A stretch of 64,000 nt of DNA, from contig JBLDXI010000024.1 of assembly GCA_047495785.1 (NCBI GenBank), forward strand, positions 4,898,001 through 4,962,000. Direction: 5' to 3'. This stretch comes from Lepidodermella squamata (lineage: Eukaryota > Animalia > Gastrotricha). Below, one piece after another: positions 49,020-61,650 of the stretch. The notes below the pieces were generated by a model that saw only the letters and a list, made by a program, of their open reading frames with translations, was not told where the DNA came from and searched no databases. Within the stretch, counting starts at the first letter, position 1. Each line of letters opens with the position of its first letter. Position numbers and translations under genes: made by a program.

Positions 49020-49092
49020 GGCGCTGTGGCGAAATGGCTATCGCGTCGGACTTCGGATCCGAAGATTGTGGGTTCGAGTCCCATCAGCGTCG
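49020..49092 (+). tRNA. tRNA-Arg(TCG)
   Basis: tcgga-CT TCG GA-tccga. Confidence 0.9.
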
Positions 49093-49205
49093 TCCGCTTT
49101 TGTATTTTTGTTAGTTTCAGTAGGCTTCTGAAGCCATTTAAACAAATATTTCGACAACTGCTTGCGTAAATTTAATCTGCCTGCAATCTACCACGCATTT
49201 CAAGG

Positions 49206-49278
49206 GCCTTCCTAGCTCAGTCGGTAGAGCATGTGACTTTTAATCACAGGGTCGGGGGTTCGAGTCCCCCGGAGGGCG
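49206..49278 (+). tRNA. tRNA-Lys(TTT)
   Basis: Cloverleaf and anticodon read by eye. Confidence 0.93.
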
Positions 49279-49365
49279 CAAGCTTTTTCCTCAGTTGCTC
49301 GGTTTAGCTGCATTCGGCTGATTTCACCGCTTCGTCGAATCACTTGCCGTGGCGTTAACTACGAA

Positions 49366-49438
49366 GGGGGATTAGCTCAAATGGTAGAGCGCTCGCTTAG
49401 CATGCGAGAGGTAACGGGATCGACGCCCGTATCCTCCA
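49366..49438 (+). tRNA. tRNA-Ala(AGC)
   Basis: Cloverleaf, G3:U70. Confidence 0.93.
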
Positions 49439-49496
49439 CAATTTTTTCTGCCTGTAGAAATGAGACGTCGTCCCTGAAATTCTAGCTGTCACCTTC

Positions 49497-49568
49497 GGCT
49501 CAGTAGCTTAGTGGTAGAGCGTCTGCCTAGTAAGCAGAAGATCGAGGGTTCGATCCCCCCCTGAGCCT
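49497..49568 (+). tRNA. tRNA-Thr(AGT)
   Basis: Anticodon AGT. Confidence 0.87.
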
Positions 49569-49652
49569 GGTATTGGGTGAATTTTTTTAAAATAAAGCCA
49601 CAAAACTTTGCCAGTCAGTTTTTATGTTGCAGGCGTGGAAATGATAAAAATG

Positions 49653-49724
49653 TTCCCTGACCGGGAATCGAACCCGGGCCGCCGCGGTGAAAGCGCGGAA
49701 TCCTAACCACTAGACCATCAGGGA
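49653..49724 (-). tRNA. tRNA-Glu(TTC)
   Basis: Cloverleaf and anticodon read by eye. Confidence 0.93.
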
Positions 49725-49806
49725 GATGATGACAACGAGACCACTGGACGTGGTGTTCATCTGTCATTCAGCGCTTTTCGCAGGTTGTCAATGGTAAAAA
49801 TGCGGC

Positions 49807-49878
49807 GGGCCCGTTCGGGAATTGAACCCGAGACCTCTCGCACCCGAAGCGAGAATCATACCCCTAGACCAACGGGCC
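49807..49878 (-). tRNA. tRNA-Pro(CGG)
   Basis: Cloverleaf and anticodon read by eye. Confidence 0.93.
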
Positions 49879-49953
49879 GGTGCTACGCTGCCGCTAGGAA
49901 GGCTCTACCTAAGCGTTCGTAATGACACTTGGGGTTACCAAAAACGTGGGGCA

Positions 49954-50026
49954 CGCCGAGACCCGGGATCGAACCAGGGACCTTTAGATCTTCAGTCTAA
50001 CGCTCTCCCAACTGAGCTATCTCGGC
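49954..50026 (-). tRNA. tRNA-Phe(GAA)
   Basis: gccgagatagctcagttgggagagcgttagactGAAgatctaa. Confidence 0.93.
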
Positions 50027-50100
50027 TGTTATGTACAGCAGTGGTAAAGTTGATGCTTCGCTAGCTCATTGCAGGCTGTTATAGTTTGATCTAAAAATTG

Positions 50101-50117
50101 CGCTCCTGGGTGGGCTC

Positions 50118-50157
<40 letters not shown>

Positions 50158-50174
50158 AATTGCGCCACAGAAGC
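50101..50174 (-). tRNA. tRNA-Asn(GTT)
   Basis: ttcgg-CT GTT AA-ccgaa. Confidence 0.93.
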
Positions 50175-50355
50175 TCACGGCAGGCAGAACTAGCAGGAGG
50201 CTAAGGCCTAACAACGATTGGCCAAGGTCTGCGAACTTGGGTCCAGTTCGATGTGCAGTCATTAGAGTAGCGGACGCGATTTTATCCTTTACGGCTTTTG
50301 CAGCCGACAAGCTTTTGTGATACACCAGCTTAACATTACCTCACCCCTCACGCGA

Positions 50356-50441
50356 CCCGCGATAGCTCAGCTGGTAGAGCGGAGGACTGTAGATGCAACG
50401 CAGCTATCCTTAGGTCGGTGGTTCAAGTCCGCCTCGCGGGA
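50356..50441 (+). tRNA. tRNA-Tyr(GTA) with a 13-nt intron (50393-50405)
   Basis: gagga-CT GTA G[atgcaacgcagct]A-tcctt; canonical 37/38 intron position. Confidence 0.93.
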
Positions 50442-50520
50442 TCGATGACTTTTTTACAGCTGATGAGCCCGCAGAATCGGTTATTTTCGAGCCTCGAAGA
50501 AGCTTTGCCATCTTGCATCA

Positions 50521-50592
50521 GGCCCGTTGGTCTAGGGGTATGATTCTCGCTTTGGGTGCGAGAGGTCTCGGGTTCAAATCCCGGACGGGCCC
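50521..50592 (+). tRNA. tRNA-Pro(TGG)
   Basis: Anticodon TGG. Confidence 0.93.
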
Positions 50593-50678
50593 AAGCTTTT
50601 TGATATAATAGCCGAAGCGGCGGCATTACAAAAGGTGCATGCAATAAATAGCCTTCAGCAAGTAATGCTATCATAGCG

Positions 50679-50749
50679 GCATCGGTGGTTCAGTGGTAGA
50701 ATTCTCGCCTGCCACGCGGGAGGCCCGGGTTCGATTCCCGGCCGATGCA
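50679..50749 (+). tRNA. tRNA-Gly(GCC)
   Basis: gcatcggtggttcagtggtagaattctcgcctGCCacg. Confidence 0.94.
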
Positions 50750-50847
50750 AGCGACCCTGTTTTTGCATGAAAGCTTTGAGCAGCACCCGGCGAACAATGA
50801 AGCGCGGAAATTCAAAAGCAATGCCAACAGACTCCATGTCACCAAAA

Positions 50848-50919
50848 TCCTTGGTAGTATAGTGGTTAGTATCCCCGCCTGTCACGCGGGAGACCAGGGT
50901 TCGATTCCCTGCCAAGGAG
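50848..50919 (+). tRNA. tRNA-Asp(GTC)
   Basis: cccgc-CT GTC AC-gcggg. Confidence 0.94.
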
Positions 50920-50992
50920 TCAGCTTTTTACATGCGGATTTGTGGATTTCAAGCAAATTTATTCAGTAATAACGTGCAAAAATGTTGATTGC

Positions 50993-51065
50993 CGCCCGAT
51001 GTGGGGCTCGAACCCACGACCCTGGGATTAAGAGTCCCATGCTCTACCGACTGAGCTAACCGGGC
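50993..51065 (-). tRNA. tRNA-Lys(CTT)
   Basis: tggga-CT CTT AA-tccca. Confidence 0.94.
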
Positions 51066-51155
51066 TTAGCCGACATAGCTGATGACTAGGGCAGGTTCAA
51101 AGACCCAAATCAGGCATGCGACACGAGTCAGAGACAGAGAGTGTGTAAAAACATT

Positions 51156-51228
51156 CGAGGCTGCCAGGAGTCGAACCTGGAATCTTCTGATCCGTAGTCA
51201 GACGCGTTGTCCATTGCGCCACAACCCC
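51156..51228 (-). tRNA. tRNA-Arg(ACG)
   Basis: tctga-CT ACG GA-tcaga. Confidence 0.93.
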
Positions 51229-51300
51229 ATCGTGTTGATTTAGCATCATATCGTTGATGATACGTACAGCGTTGTAGCACAGGAAAAAGCATAAAATGTA

Positions 51301-51384
51301 TGTCAGAAGTGGGATTCGAACCCACGCCAGTAGAAACTGACTGCGACCTGAACGCAGCGCCTTGGACCGCTCGGCCATCCTGAC
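51301..51384 (-). tRNA. tRNA-Leu(CAG)
   Basis: ctgcg-TT CAG GT-cgcag. Confidence 0.93.
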
Positions 51385-51549
51385 GGGATGGTGGTATAGA
51401 TTGATATCCCGCAGACGGCATTTCGCAAAGCCAGTAGAGCGTCGCCACAAAGTACTTAGTTTAATTACCTGTTGCCAATATAAAACTTAAACTAGCCAGC
51501 AATGTCGATCAGGGTGTATCGTTGTTGAAACTGCTGAATGAGCACTCAA

Positions 51550-51631
51550 GTCGCTATGCCCGAGTGGTTAAGGGGTCTGACTAGAAATCAGATGCGGTCT
51601 CCGCGCGTAGGTTCAAATCCTACTGGCGACG
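51550..51631 (+). tRNA. tRNA-Ser(AGA), first gene of unit 2
   Basis: Complete 82-nt copy. Confidence 0.93.
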
Positions 51632-53483
51632 ACAGTTATTTTTGCAATATAACGACTGAAAGTCAGTTCTGCAATTAGTCTCCATAATACAGTCCTCGCA
51701 TTCATCAGGCGTCAGTGGTGTAACGGTCAGCATGGTTGCCTTCCAAGCAGCCGATCCGGGTTCGACTCCCGGCTGACGCACACGTTTTTAGCTCACACGT
51801 TTGAGAGCAGCAAACGCATTGCTAGTGACGAGATGAAAGCTTTCCTTTCCAAAAGCAGCGTTCGAGAGGTCCCATGGTGTAGCGGTTAGCACTCTGGACT
51901 CTGAATCCAGCGACTCGAGTTCGATTCTCGATGGGACCTTGATCGGTTTTTTCAAACAAACATAGCTGGAACTCAACAGCTGGAAACTTGCGATCATAAT
52001 ATTTGTTACCATTCAAACCTTTTCTTTCACTAGCCTAGGGGGCATAGCTCAGTGGTAGAGCGTCTCATTCGCATTGTGAAGGTCTCGGGTTCAATCCCCG
52101 ATGCCTCCAGTTGGCACTTTTTCGCGTAAATGTTGAGAAGTAACAGCCATAATACTGATGATATGAATCGGAAATAAGTCTAAGCATGCGAAAAAAGAGT
52201 GTCAGAAGTGGGGTTCGAACCCATGCCCTCTTTCGAGGACCAGATCTTGAGTCTGGCGCCTTAGACCGCTCGGCCATCCTGACCGTCTGACTGAATATTC
52301 AATTTGATTCAGATGAACCAGCGCGGGTTCAGCTTCGAGCATGCAATAAACCTCAAATCTTGTATAGGCTATACTTCATGTGACAGGCGCTGTGGCGAAA
52401 TGGCTATCGCGTCGGACTTCGGATCCGAAGATTGTGGGTTCGAGTCCCATCAGCGTCGTCCGCTTTTGTATTTTTGTTAGTTTCAGTAGGCTTCTGAAGC
52501 CATTTAAACAAATATTTCGACAACTGCTTGCGTAAATTTAATCTGCCTGCAATCTACCACGCATTTCAAGGGCCTTCCTAGCTCAGTCGGTAGAGCATGT
52601 GACTTTTAATCACAGGGTCGGGGGCTCGAGTCCCCCGGAGGGCGCAAGCTTTTTCCTCAGTTGCTCGGTTTAGCTGCATTCGGCTGATTTCACCGCTTCG
52701 TCGAATCACTTGCCGTGGCGTTAACTACGAAGGGGGATTAGCTCAAATGGTAGAGCGCTCGCTTAGCATGCGAGAGGTAACGGGATCGACGCCCGTATCC
52801 TCCACAATTTTTTCTGCCTGTAGAAATGAGACGTCGTCCCTGAAATTCTAGCTGTCACCTTCGGCTCAGTAGCTTAGTGGTAGAGCGTCTGCCTAGTAAG
52901 CAGAAGATCGAGGGTTCGATCCCCCCCTGAGCCTGGTATTGGGTGAATTTTTTGAAAATAAAGCCACAAAACTTTGCCAGTCAGTTTTTATGTTGCAGGC
53001 GTGGAAATGATAAAAATGTTCCATGACCGGGAATCGAACCCGGGCCGCCGCGGTGAAAGCGCGGAATCCTAACCACTAGACCATCAGGGAGATGATGACA
53101 ACGAGACCACTGGACGTGGTGTTCATCTGTCATTCAGCACTTTTCGCAGGTTGTCAAAGGTAAAAATGCGGCGGGCCCGTTCGGGAATTGAACCCGAGAC
53201 CTCTCGCACCCGAAGCGAGAATCATACCCCTAGACCAACGGGCCGGTGCTACGCCGCCGCTAGGAAGGCTCTACCTAAGCGTTCGTAATGACACTTGGGG
53301 TTACCAAAAACGTGGGGCACGCCGAGACCCGGGATCGAACCAGGGACCTTTAGATCTTCAGTCTAACGCTCTCCCAACTGAGCTATCTCGGCTGTTATGT
53401 ACAGCAGTGGTAAAGTTGATGCTTCGCTAGCTCATTGCAGGCTGTTATAGTTTGATCTAAAAATTGCGCTCCTGGGTGGGCTC

Positions 53484-53523
<40 letters not shown>

Positions 53524-54906
53524 AATTGCGCCACAGAAGCTCACGGCAGGCAGAACTAGCAGGAGGCTAAGGCCTAACAACGATTGGCCAAGGTCTGCGA
53601 ACTTGGGTCCAGTTCGATGTGCAGTCATTAGAGTAGCGGACGCGATTTTATCCTTTACGGCTTTTGCAGCCGACAAGCTTTTGTGATACACCAGCTTAAC
53701 ATTACCTCACCCCTCACGCGACCCGCGATAGCTCAGCTGGTAGAGCGGAGGACTGTAGATGCAACGCAGCTATCCTTAGGTCGGTGGTTCAAGTCCGCCT
53801 CGCGGGATCGATGACTTTTTTACAGCTGATGAGCCCGCAGAATCGGTTATTTTCGAGCCTCGAAGAAGCTTTGCCATCTTGCATCAGGCCCGTTGGTCTA
53901 GGGGTATGATTCTCGCTTTGGGTGCGAGAGGTCTCGGGTTCAAATCCCGGACGGGCCCAAGCTTTTTGATATAATAGCCGAAGCGGCGGCATTACAAAAG
54001 GTGCATGCAATAAATAGCCTTCAGCAAGTAATGCTATCATAGCGGCATCGGTGGTTCAGTGGTAGAATTCTCGCCTGCCACGCGGGAGGCCCGGGTTCGA
54101 TTCCCGGCCGATGCAAGCGACCCTGTTTTTGCATGAAAGCTTTGAGCAGCACCCGGCGAACAATGAAGCGCGGAAATTCAAAAGCAATGCCAACAGACTC
54201 CATGTCACCAAAATCCTTGGTAGTATAGTGGTTAGTATCCCCGCCTGTCACGCGGGAGACCAGGGTTCGATTCCCTGCCAAGGAGTCAGCTTTTTACATG
54301 CGGATTTGTGGATTTCAAGCAAATTTATTCAGTAATAACGTGCAAAAATGTTGATTGCCGCCCGATGTGGGGCTCGAACCCACGACCCTGGGATTAAGAG
54401 TCCCATGCTCTACCGACTGAGCTAACCGGGCTTAGCCGACATAGCTGATGACTAGGGCAGGTTCAAAGACCCAAATCAGGCATGCGACACGAGTCAGAGA
54501 CAGAGAGTGTGTAAAAACATTCGAGGCTGCCAGGAGTCGAACCTGGAATCTTCTGATCCGTAGTCAGACGCGTTGTCCATTGCGCCACAACCCCATCGTG
54601 TTGATTTAGCATCATGATACGTACAGCGTTGTAGCACAGGAAAAAGCATAAAATGTATGTCAGAAGTGGGATTCGAACCCACGCCAGTAGAAACTGACTG
54701 CGACCTGAACGCAGCGCCTTGGACCGCTCGGCCATCCTGACGGGATGGTGGTATAGATTGATATCCCGCAGACGGCATTTCGCAAAGCCAGTAGAGCGTC
54801 GCCACAAAGTACTTAGTTTAATTACCTGTTGCCAATATAAAACTTAAACTAGCCAGCAATGTCGATCAGGGTGTATCGTTGTTGAAACTGCTGAATGAGC
54901 ACTCAA
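51550..54906. tRNA. Array unit 2: 20 tRNA genes in the same order (Ser, Gly, Gln, Ala, Leu, Arg, Lys, Ala, Thr, Glu, Pro, Phe, Asn, Tyr, Pro, Gly, Asp, Lys, Arg, Leu); offset about +3366 from unit 1
   Basis: Near-identical repeat; point variants in Leu-CAA, Lys-TTT and Glu-TTC. Confidence 0.95.
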
Positions 54907-56858
54907 GTCGCTATGCCCGAGTGGTTAAGGGGTCTGACTAGAAATCAGATGCGGTCTCCGCGCGTAGGTTCAAATCCTACTGGCGACGACAGTTATTTTT
55001 GCAATATAACGACTGAAAGTCAGTTCTGCAATTAGTCTCCATAATACAGTCCTCGCATTCATCAGGCGTCAGTGGTGTAACGGTCAGCATGGTTGCCTTC
55101 CAAGCAGCCGATCCGGGTTCGACTCCCGGCTGACGCACACGTTTTTAGCTCACACGTTTGAGAGCAGCAAACGCATTGCTAGTGACGAGATGAAAGCTTT
55201 CCTTTCCAAAAGCAGCGTTCGAGAGGTCCCATGGTGTAGCGGTTAGCACTCTGGACTCTGAATCCAGCGACTCGAGTTCGATTCTCGATGGGACCTTGAT
55301 CGGTTTTTTCAAACAAACATAGCTGGAACTCAACAGCTGGAAACTTGCGATCATAATATTTGTTACCATTCAAACCTTTTCTTTCACTAGCCTAGGGGGC
55401 ATAGCTCAGTGGTAGAGCGTCTCATTCGCATTGTGAAGGTCTCGGGTTCAATCCCCGATGCCTCCAGTTGGCACTTTTTTCGCGTAAATGTTGAGAAGTA
55501 ACAGCCATAATACTGATGATATGAATCGGAAATAAGTCTAAGCATGCGAAAAAAGAGTGTCAGAAGTGGGGTTCGAACCCACGCCCTCTTTCGAGGACCA
55601 GATCTTGAGTCTGGCGCCTTAGACCGCTCGGCCATCCTGACCGTCTGACTGAATATTCAATTTGATTCAGATGAACCAGCGCGGGTTCAGCTTCGAGCAT
55701 GCAATAAACCTCAAATCTTGTATAGGCTATACTTCATGTGACAGGCGCTGTGGCGAAATGGCTATCGCGTCGGACTTCGGATCCGAAGATTGTGGGTTCG
55801 AGTCCCATCAGCGTCGTCCGCTTTTGTATTTTTGTTAGTTTCAGTAGGCTTCTGAAGCCATTTAAACAAATATTTCGACAACTGCTTGCGTAAATTTAAT
55901 CTGCCTGCAATCTACCACGCATTTCAAGGGCCTTCCTAGCTCAGTCGGTAGAGCATGTGACTTTTAATCACAGGGTCGGGGGTTCGAGTCCCCCGGAGGG
56001 CGCAAGCTTTTTCCTCAGTTGCTCGGTTTAGCTGCATTCGGCTGATTTCACCGCTTCGTCGAATCACTTGCCGTGGCGTTAACTACGAAGGGGGATTAGC
56101 TCAAATGGTAGAGCGCTCGCTTAGCATGCGAGAGGTAACGGGATCGACGCCCGTATCCTCCACAATTTTTTCTGCCTGTAGAAACGGTTTGTTCGCCGAA
56201 ATGAGACGTCGTCCCTGAAATTCTAGCTGTCACCTTCGGCTCAGTAGCTTAGTGGTAGAGCGTCTGCCTAGTAAGCAGAAGATCGAGGGTTCGATCCCCC
56301 CCTGAGCCTGGTATTGGGTGAATTTTTTGAAAATAAAGCCACAAAACTTTGCCAGTCAGTTTTTATGTTGCAGGCGTGGAAATGATAAAAATGTTCCCTG
56401 ACCGGGAATCGAACCCGGGCCGCCGCGGTGAAAGCGCGGAATCCTAACCACTAGACCATCAGGGAGATGATGACAACGAGACCACTGGACGTGGTGTTCA
56501 TCTGTCATTCAGCGCTTTTCGCAGGTTGTCAAAGGTAAAAATGCGGCGGGCCCGTTCGGGAATTGAACCCGAGACCTCTCGCACCCGAAGCGAGAATCAT
56601 ACCCCTAGACCAACGGGCCGGTGCTACGCCGCCGCTAGGAAGGCTCTACCTAAGCGTTCGTAATGACACTTGGGGTTACCAAAAACGTGGGGCACGCCGA
56701 GACCCGGGATCGAACCAGGGACCTTTAGATCTTCAGTCTAACGCTCTCCCAACTGAGCTATCTCGGCTGTTATGTACAGCAGTGGTAAAGTTGATGCTTC
56801 GCTAGCTCATTGCAGGCTGTTATAGTTTGATCTAAAAATTGCGCTCCTGGGTGGGCTC

Positions 56859-56898
<40 letters not shown>

Positions 56899-58281
56899 AA
56901 TTGCGCCACAGAAGCTCACGGCAGGCAGAACTAGCAGGAGGCTAAGGCCTAACAACGATTGGCCAAGGTCTGCGAACTTGGGTCCAGTTCGATGTGCAGT
57001 CATTAGAGTAGCGGACGCGATTTTATCCTTTACGGCTTTTGCAGCCGACAAGCTTTTGTGATACACCAGCTTAACATTACCTCACCCCTCACGCGACCCG
57101 CGATAGCTCAGCTGGTAGAGCGGAGGACTGTAGATGCAACGCAGCTATCCTTAGGTCGGTGGTTCAAGTCCGCCTCGCGGGATCGATGACTTTTTTACAG
57201 CTGATGAGCCCGCAGAATCGGTTATTTTCGAGCCTCGAAGAAGCTTTGCCATCTTGCATCAGGCCCGTTGGTCTAGGGGTATGATTCTCGCTTTGGGTGC
57301 GAGAGGTCTCGGGTTCAAATCCCGGACGGGCCCAAGCTTTTTGATATAATAGCCGAAGCGGCGGCATTACAAAAGGTGCATGCAATAAATAGCCTTCAGC
57401 AAGTAATGCTATCATAGCGGCATCGGTGGTTCAGTGGTAGAATTCTCGCCTGCCACGCGGGAGGCCCGGGTTCGATTCCCGGCCGATGCAAGCGACCCTG
57501 TTTTTGCATGAAAGCTTTGAGCAGCACCCGGCGAACAATGAAGCGCGGAAATTCAAAAGCAATGCCAACAGACTCCATGTCACCAAAATCCTTGGTAGTA
57601 TAGTGGTTAGTATCCCCGCCTGTCACGCGGGAGACCAGGGTTCGATTCCCTGCCAAGGAGTCAGCTTTTTACATGCGGATTTGTGGATTTCAAGCAAATT
57701 TATTCAGTAATAACGTGCAAAAATGTTGATTGCCGCCCGATGTGGGGCTCGAACCCACGACCCTGGGATTAAGAGTCCCATGCTCTACCGACTGAGCTAA
57801 CCGGGCTTAGCCGACATAGCTGATGACTAGGGCAGGTTCAAAGACCCAAATCAGGCATGCGACACGAGTCAGAGACAGAGAGTGTGTAAAAACATTCGAG
57901 GCTGCCAGGAGTCGAACCTGGAATCTTCTGATCCGTAGTCAGACGCGTTGTCCATTGCGCCACAACCCCATCGTGTTGATTTAGCATCATGATACGTACA
58001 GCGTTGTAGCACAGGAAAAAGCATAAAATGTATGTCAGAAGTGGGATTCGAACCCACGCCAGTAGAAACTGACTGCGACCTGAACGCAGCGCCTTGGACC
58101 GCTCGGCCATCCTGACGGGATGGTGGTATAGATTGATATCCCGCAGACGGCATTTCGCAAAGCCAGTAGAGCGTCGCCACAAAGTACTTAGTTTAATTAC
58201 CTGTTGCCAATATAAAACTTAAACTAGCCAGCAATGTCGATCAGGGTGTATCGTTGTTGAAACTGCTGAATGAGCACTCAA
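54907..58281. tRNA. Array unit 3: 20 tRNA genes
   Basis: Near-identical repeat; carries the 17-bp spacer segment. Confidence 0.95.
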
Positions 58282-60218
58282 GTCGCTATGCCCGAGTGGT
58301 TAAGGGGTCTGACTAGAAATCAGATGCGGTCTCCGCGCGTAGGTTCAAATCCTACTGGCGACGACAGTTATTTTTGCAATATAACGACTGAAAGTCAGTT
58401 CTGCAATTAGTCTCCATAATATACAGTCCTCGCATTCATCAGGCGTCAGTGGTGTAACGGTCAGCATGGTTGCCTTCCAAGCAGCCGATCCGGGTTCGAC
58501 TCCCGGCTGACGCACACGTTTTTAGCTCACACGTTTGAGAGCAGCAAACGCATTGCTAGTGACGAGATGAAAGCTTTCCTTTCCAAAAGCAGCGTTCGAG
58601 AGGTCCCATGGTGTAGCGGTTAGCACTCTGGACTCTGAATCCAGCGACTCGAGTTCGATTCTCGATGGGACCTTGATCAGTTTTTTCAAACAAACATAGC
58701 TGGAACTCAACAGCTGGAAACTTGCGATCATAATATTTGTTACCATTCAAACCTTTTCTTTCACTAGCCTAGGGGGCATAGCTCAGTGGTAGAGCGTCTC
58801 ATTCGCATTGTGAAGGTCTCGGGTTCAATCCCCGATGCCTCCAGTTGGCACTTTTTTCGCGTAAATGTTGAGAAGTAACAGCCATAATACTGATGATATG
58901 AATCGGAAATAAGTCTAAGCATGCGAAAAAAGAGTGTCAGAAGTGGGGTTCGAACCCACGCCCTCTTTCGAGGACCAGATCTTGAGTCTGGCGCCTTAGA
59001 CCGCTCGGCCATCCTGACCGTCTGACTGAATATTCAATTTGATTCAGATGAACCAGCGCGGGTTCAGCTTCGAGCATGCAATAAACCTCAAATCTTGTAT
59101 AGGCTATACTTCATGTGACAGGCGCTGTGGCGAAATGGCTATCGCGTCGGACTTCGGATCCGAAGATTGTGGGTTCGAGTCCCATCAGCGTCGTCCGCTT
59201 TTGTATTTTTGTTAGTTTCAGTAGGCTTCTGAAGCCATTTAAACAAATGTTTCGACAACTGCTTGCGTAAATTTAATCTGCCTGCAATCTACCACGCATT
59301 TCAAGGGCCTTCCTAGCTCAGTCGGTAGAGCATGTGACTTTTAATCACAGGGTCGGGGGTTCGAGTCCCCCGGAGGGCGCAAGCTTTTTCCTCAGTTGCT
59401 CGGTTTAGCTGCATTCGGCTGATTTCACCGCTTCGTCGAATCACTTGCTTTGGCGTTAACTACGAAGGGGGATTAGCTCAAATGGTAGAGCGCTCGCTTA
59501 GCATGCGAGAGGTAACGGGATCGACGCCCGTATCCTCCACAATTTTTTCTGCCTGTAGAAATGAGACGTCGTCCCTGAAATTCTAGCTGTCACCTTCGGC
59601 TCAGTAGCTTAGTGGTAGAGCGTCTGCCTAGTAAGCAGAAGATCGAGGGTTCGATCCCCCCCTGAGCCTGGTATTGGGTGAATTTTTTGAAAATAAAGCC
59701 ACAAAACTTTGCCAGTCAGTTTTTATGTTGCAGGCGTGGAAATGATAAAAATGTTCCCTGACCGGGAATCGAACCCGGGCCGCCGCGGTGAAAGCGCGGA
59801 ATCCTAACCACTAGACCATCAGGGAGATGATGACAACGAGACCACTGGACGTGGTGTTCATCTGTCATTCAGCGCTTTTCGCAGGTTGTCAAAGGTAAAA
59901 ATGCGGCGGGCCCGTTCGGGAATTGAACCCGAGACCTCTCGCACCCGAAGCGAGAATCATACCCCTAGACCAACGGGCCGGTGCTACGCTGCCGCTAGGA
60001 AGGCTCTACCTAAGCGTTCGTAATGACACTTGGGGTTACCAAAAACGTGGGGCACGCCGAGACCCGGGATCGAACCAGGGACCTTTAGATCTTCAGTCTA
60101 ACGCTCTCCCAAATGAGCTATCTCGGCTGTTATGTACAGCAGTGGTAAAGTTGATGCTTCGCTAGCTCATTGCAGGCTGTTATAGTTTGATCTAAAAATT
60201 GCGCTCCTGGGTGGGCTC

Positions 60219-60258
<40 letters not shown>

Positions 60259-61650
60259 AATTGCGCCACAGAAGCTCACGGCAGGCAGAACTAGCAGGAG
60301 GCTAAGGCCTAACAACGATTGGCCAAGGTCTGCGAACTTGGGTCCAGTTCGATGTGCAGTCATTAGAGTAGCGGACGCGATTTTATCCTTTACGGCTTTT
60401 GCAGCCGACAAGCTTTTGTGATACACCAGCTTAACATTACCTCACCCCTCACGCGACCCGCGATAGCTCAGCTGGTAGAGCGGAGGACTGTAGATGCAAC
60501 GCAGCTATCCTTAGGTCGGTGGTTCAAGTCCGCCTCGCGGGATCGATGACTTTTTTACAGCTGATGAGCCCGCAGAATCGGTTATTTTCGAGCCTCGAAG
60601 AAGCTTTGCCATCTTGCATCAGGCCCGTTGGTCTAGGGGTATGATTCTCGCTTTGGGTGCGAGAGGTCTCGGGTTCAAATCCCGGACGGGCCCAAGCTTT
60701 TTGATATAATAGCCGAAGCGGCGGCATTACAAAAGGTGCATGCAATAAATAGCCTTCAGCAAGTAATGCTATCATAGCGGCATCGGTGGTTCAGTGGTAG
60801 AATTCTCGCCTGCCACGCGGGAGGCCCGGGTTCGATTCCCGGCCGATGCAAGCGACCCTGTTTTTGCATGAAAGCTTTGAGCAGCACCCGGCGAACAATG
60901 AAGCGCGGAAATTCAAAAGCAATGCCAACAGACTCCATGTCACCAAAATCCTTGGTAGTATAGTGGTTAGTATCCCCGCCTGTCACGCGGGAGACCAGGG
61001 TTCGATTCCCTGCCAAGGAGTCAGCTTTTTACATGCGGATTTGTGGATTTCAAGCAAATTTATTCAGTAATAACGTGCAAAAATGTTGATTGCCGCCCGA
61101 TGTGGGGCTCGAACCCACGACCCTGGGATTAAGAGTCCCATGCTCTACCGACTGAGCTAACCGGGCTTAGCCGACATAGCTGATGACTAGGGCAGGTTCA
61201 AAGACCCAAATCAGGCATGCGACACGAGTCAGAGACAGAGAGTGTGTAAAAACATTCGAGGCTGCCAGGAGTCGAACCTGGAATCTTCTGATCCGTAGTC
61301 AGACGCGTTGTCCATTGCGCCACAACCCCATCGTGTTGAGTTAGCATCATATCGTTGATGATACGTACAGCGTTGTAGCACAGGAAAAAGCATAAAATGT
61401 ATGTCAGAAGTGGGATTCGAACCCACGCCAGTAGAAACTGACTGCGACCTGAACGCAGCGCCTTGGACCGCTCGGCCATCCTGACGGGATGGTGGTATAG
61501 ATTGATATCCCGCAGACGGCATTTCGCAAAGCCAGTAGAGCGTCGCCACAAAGTACTTAGTTTAATTACCTGTTGCCAATATAAAACTTAAACTAGCCAG
61601 CAATGTCGATCAGGGTGTATCGTTGTTGAAACTGCTGAATGAGCACTCAA
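58282..61650. tRNA. Array unit 4: 20 tRNA genes
   Basis: Near-identical repeat; D-loop variant in Phe. Confidence 0.95.

Noticed and set aside
50175-50355. Possible 21st Pol III gene in the Asn-Tyr spacer (tggccaagg...gttcgat)
   Set aside because: Box-like words are present but I could not build a cloverleaf or another known fold.
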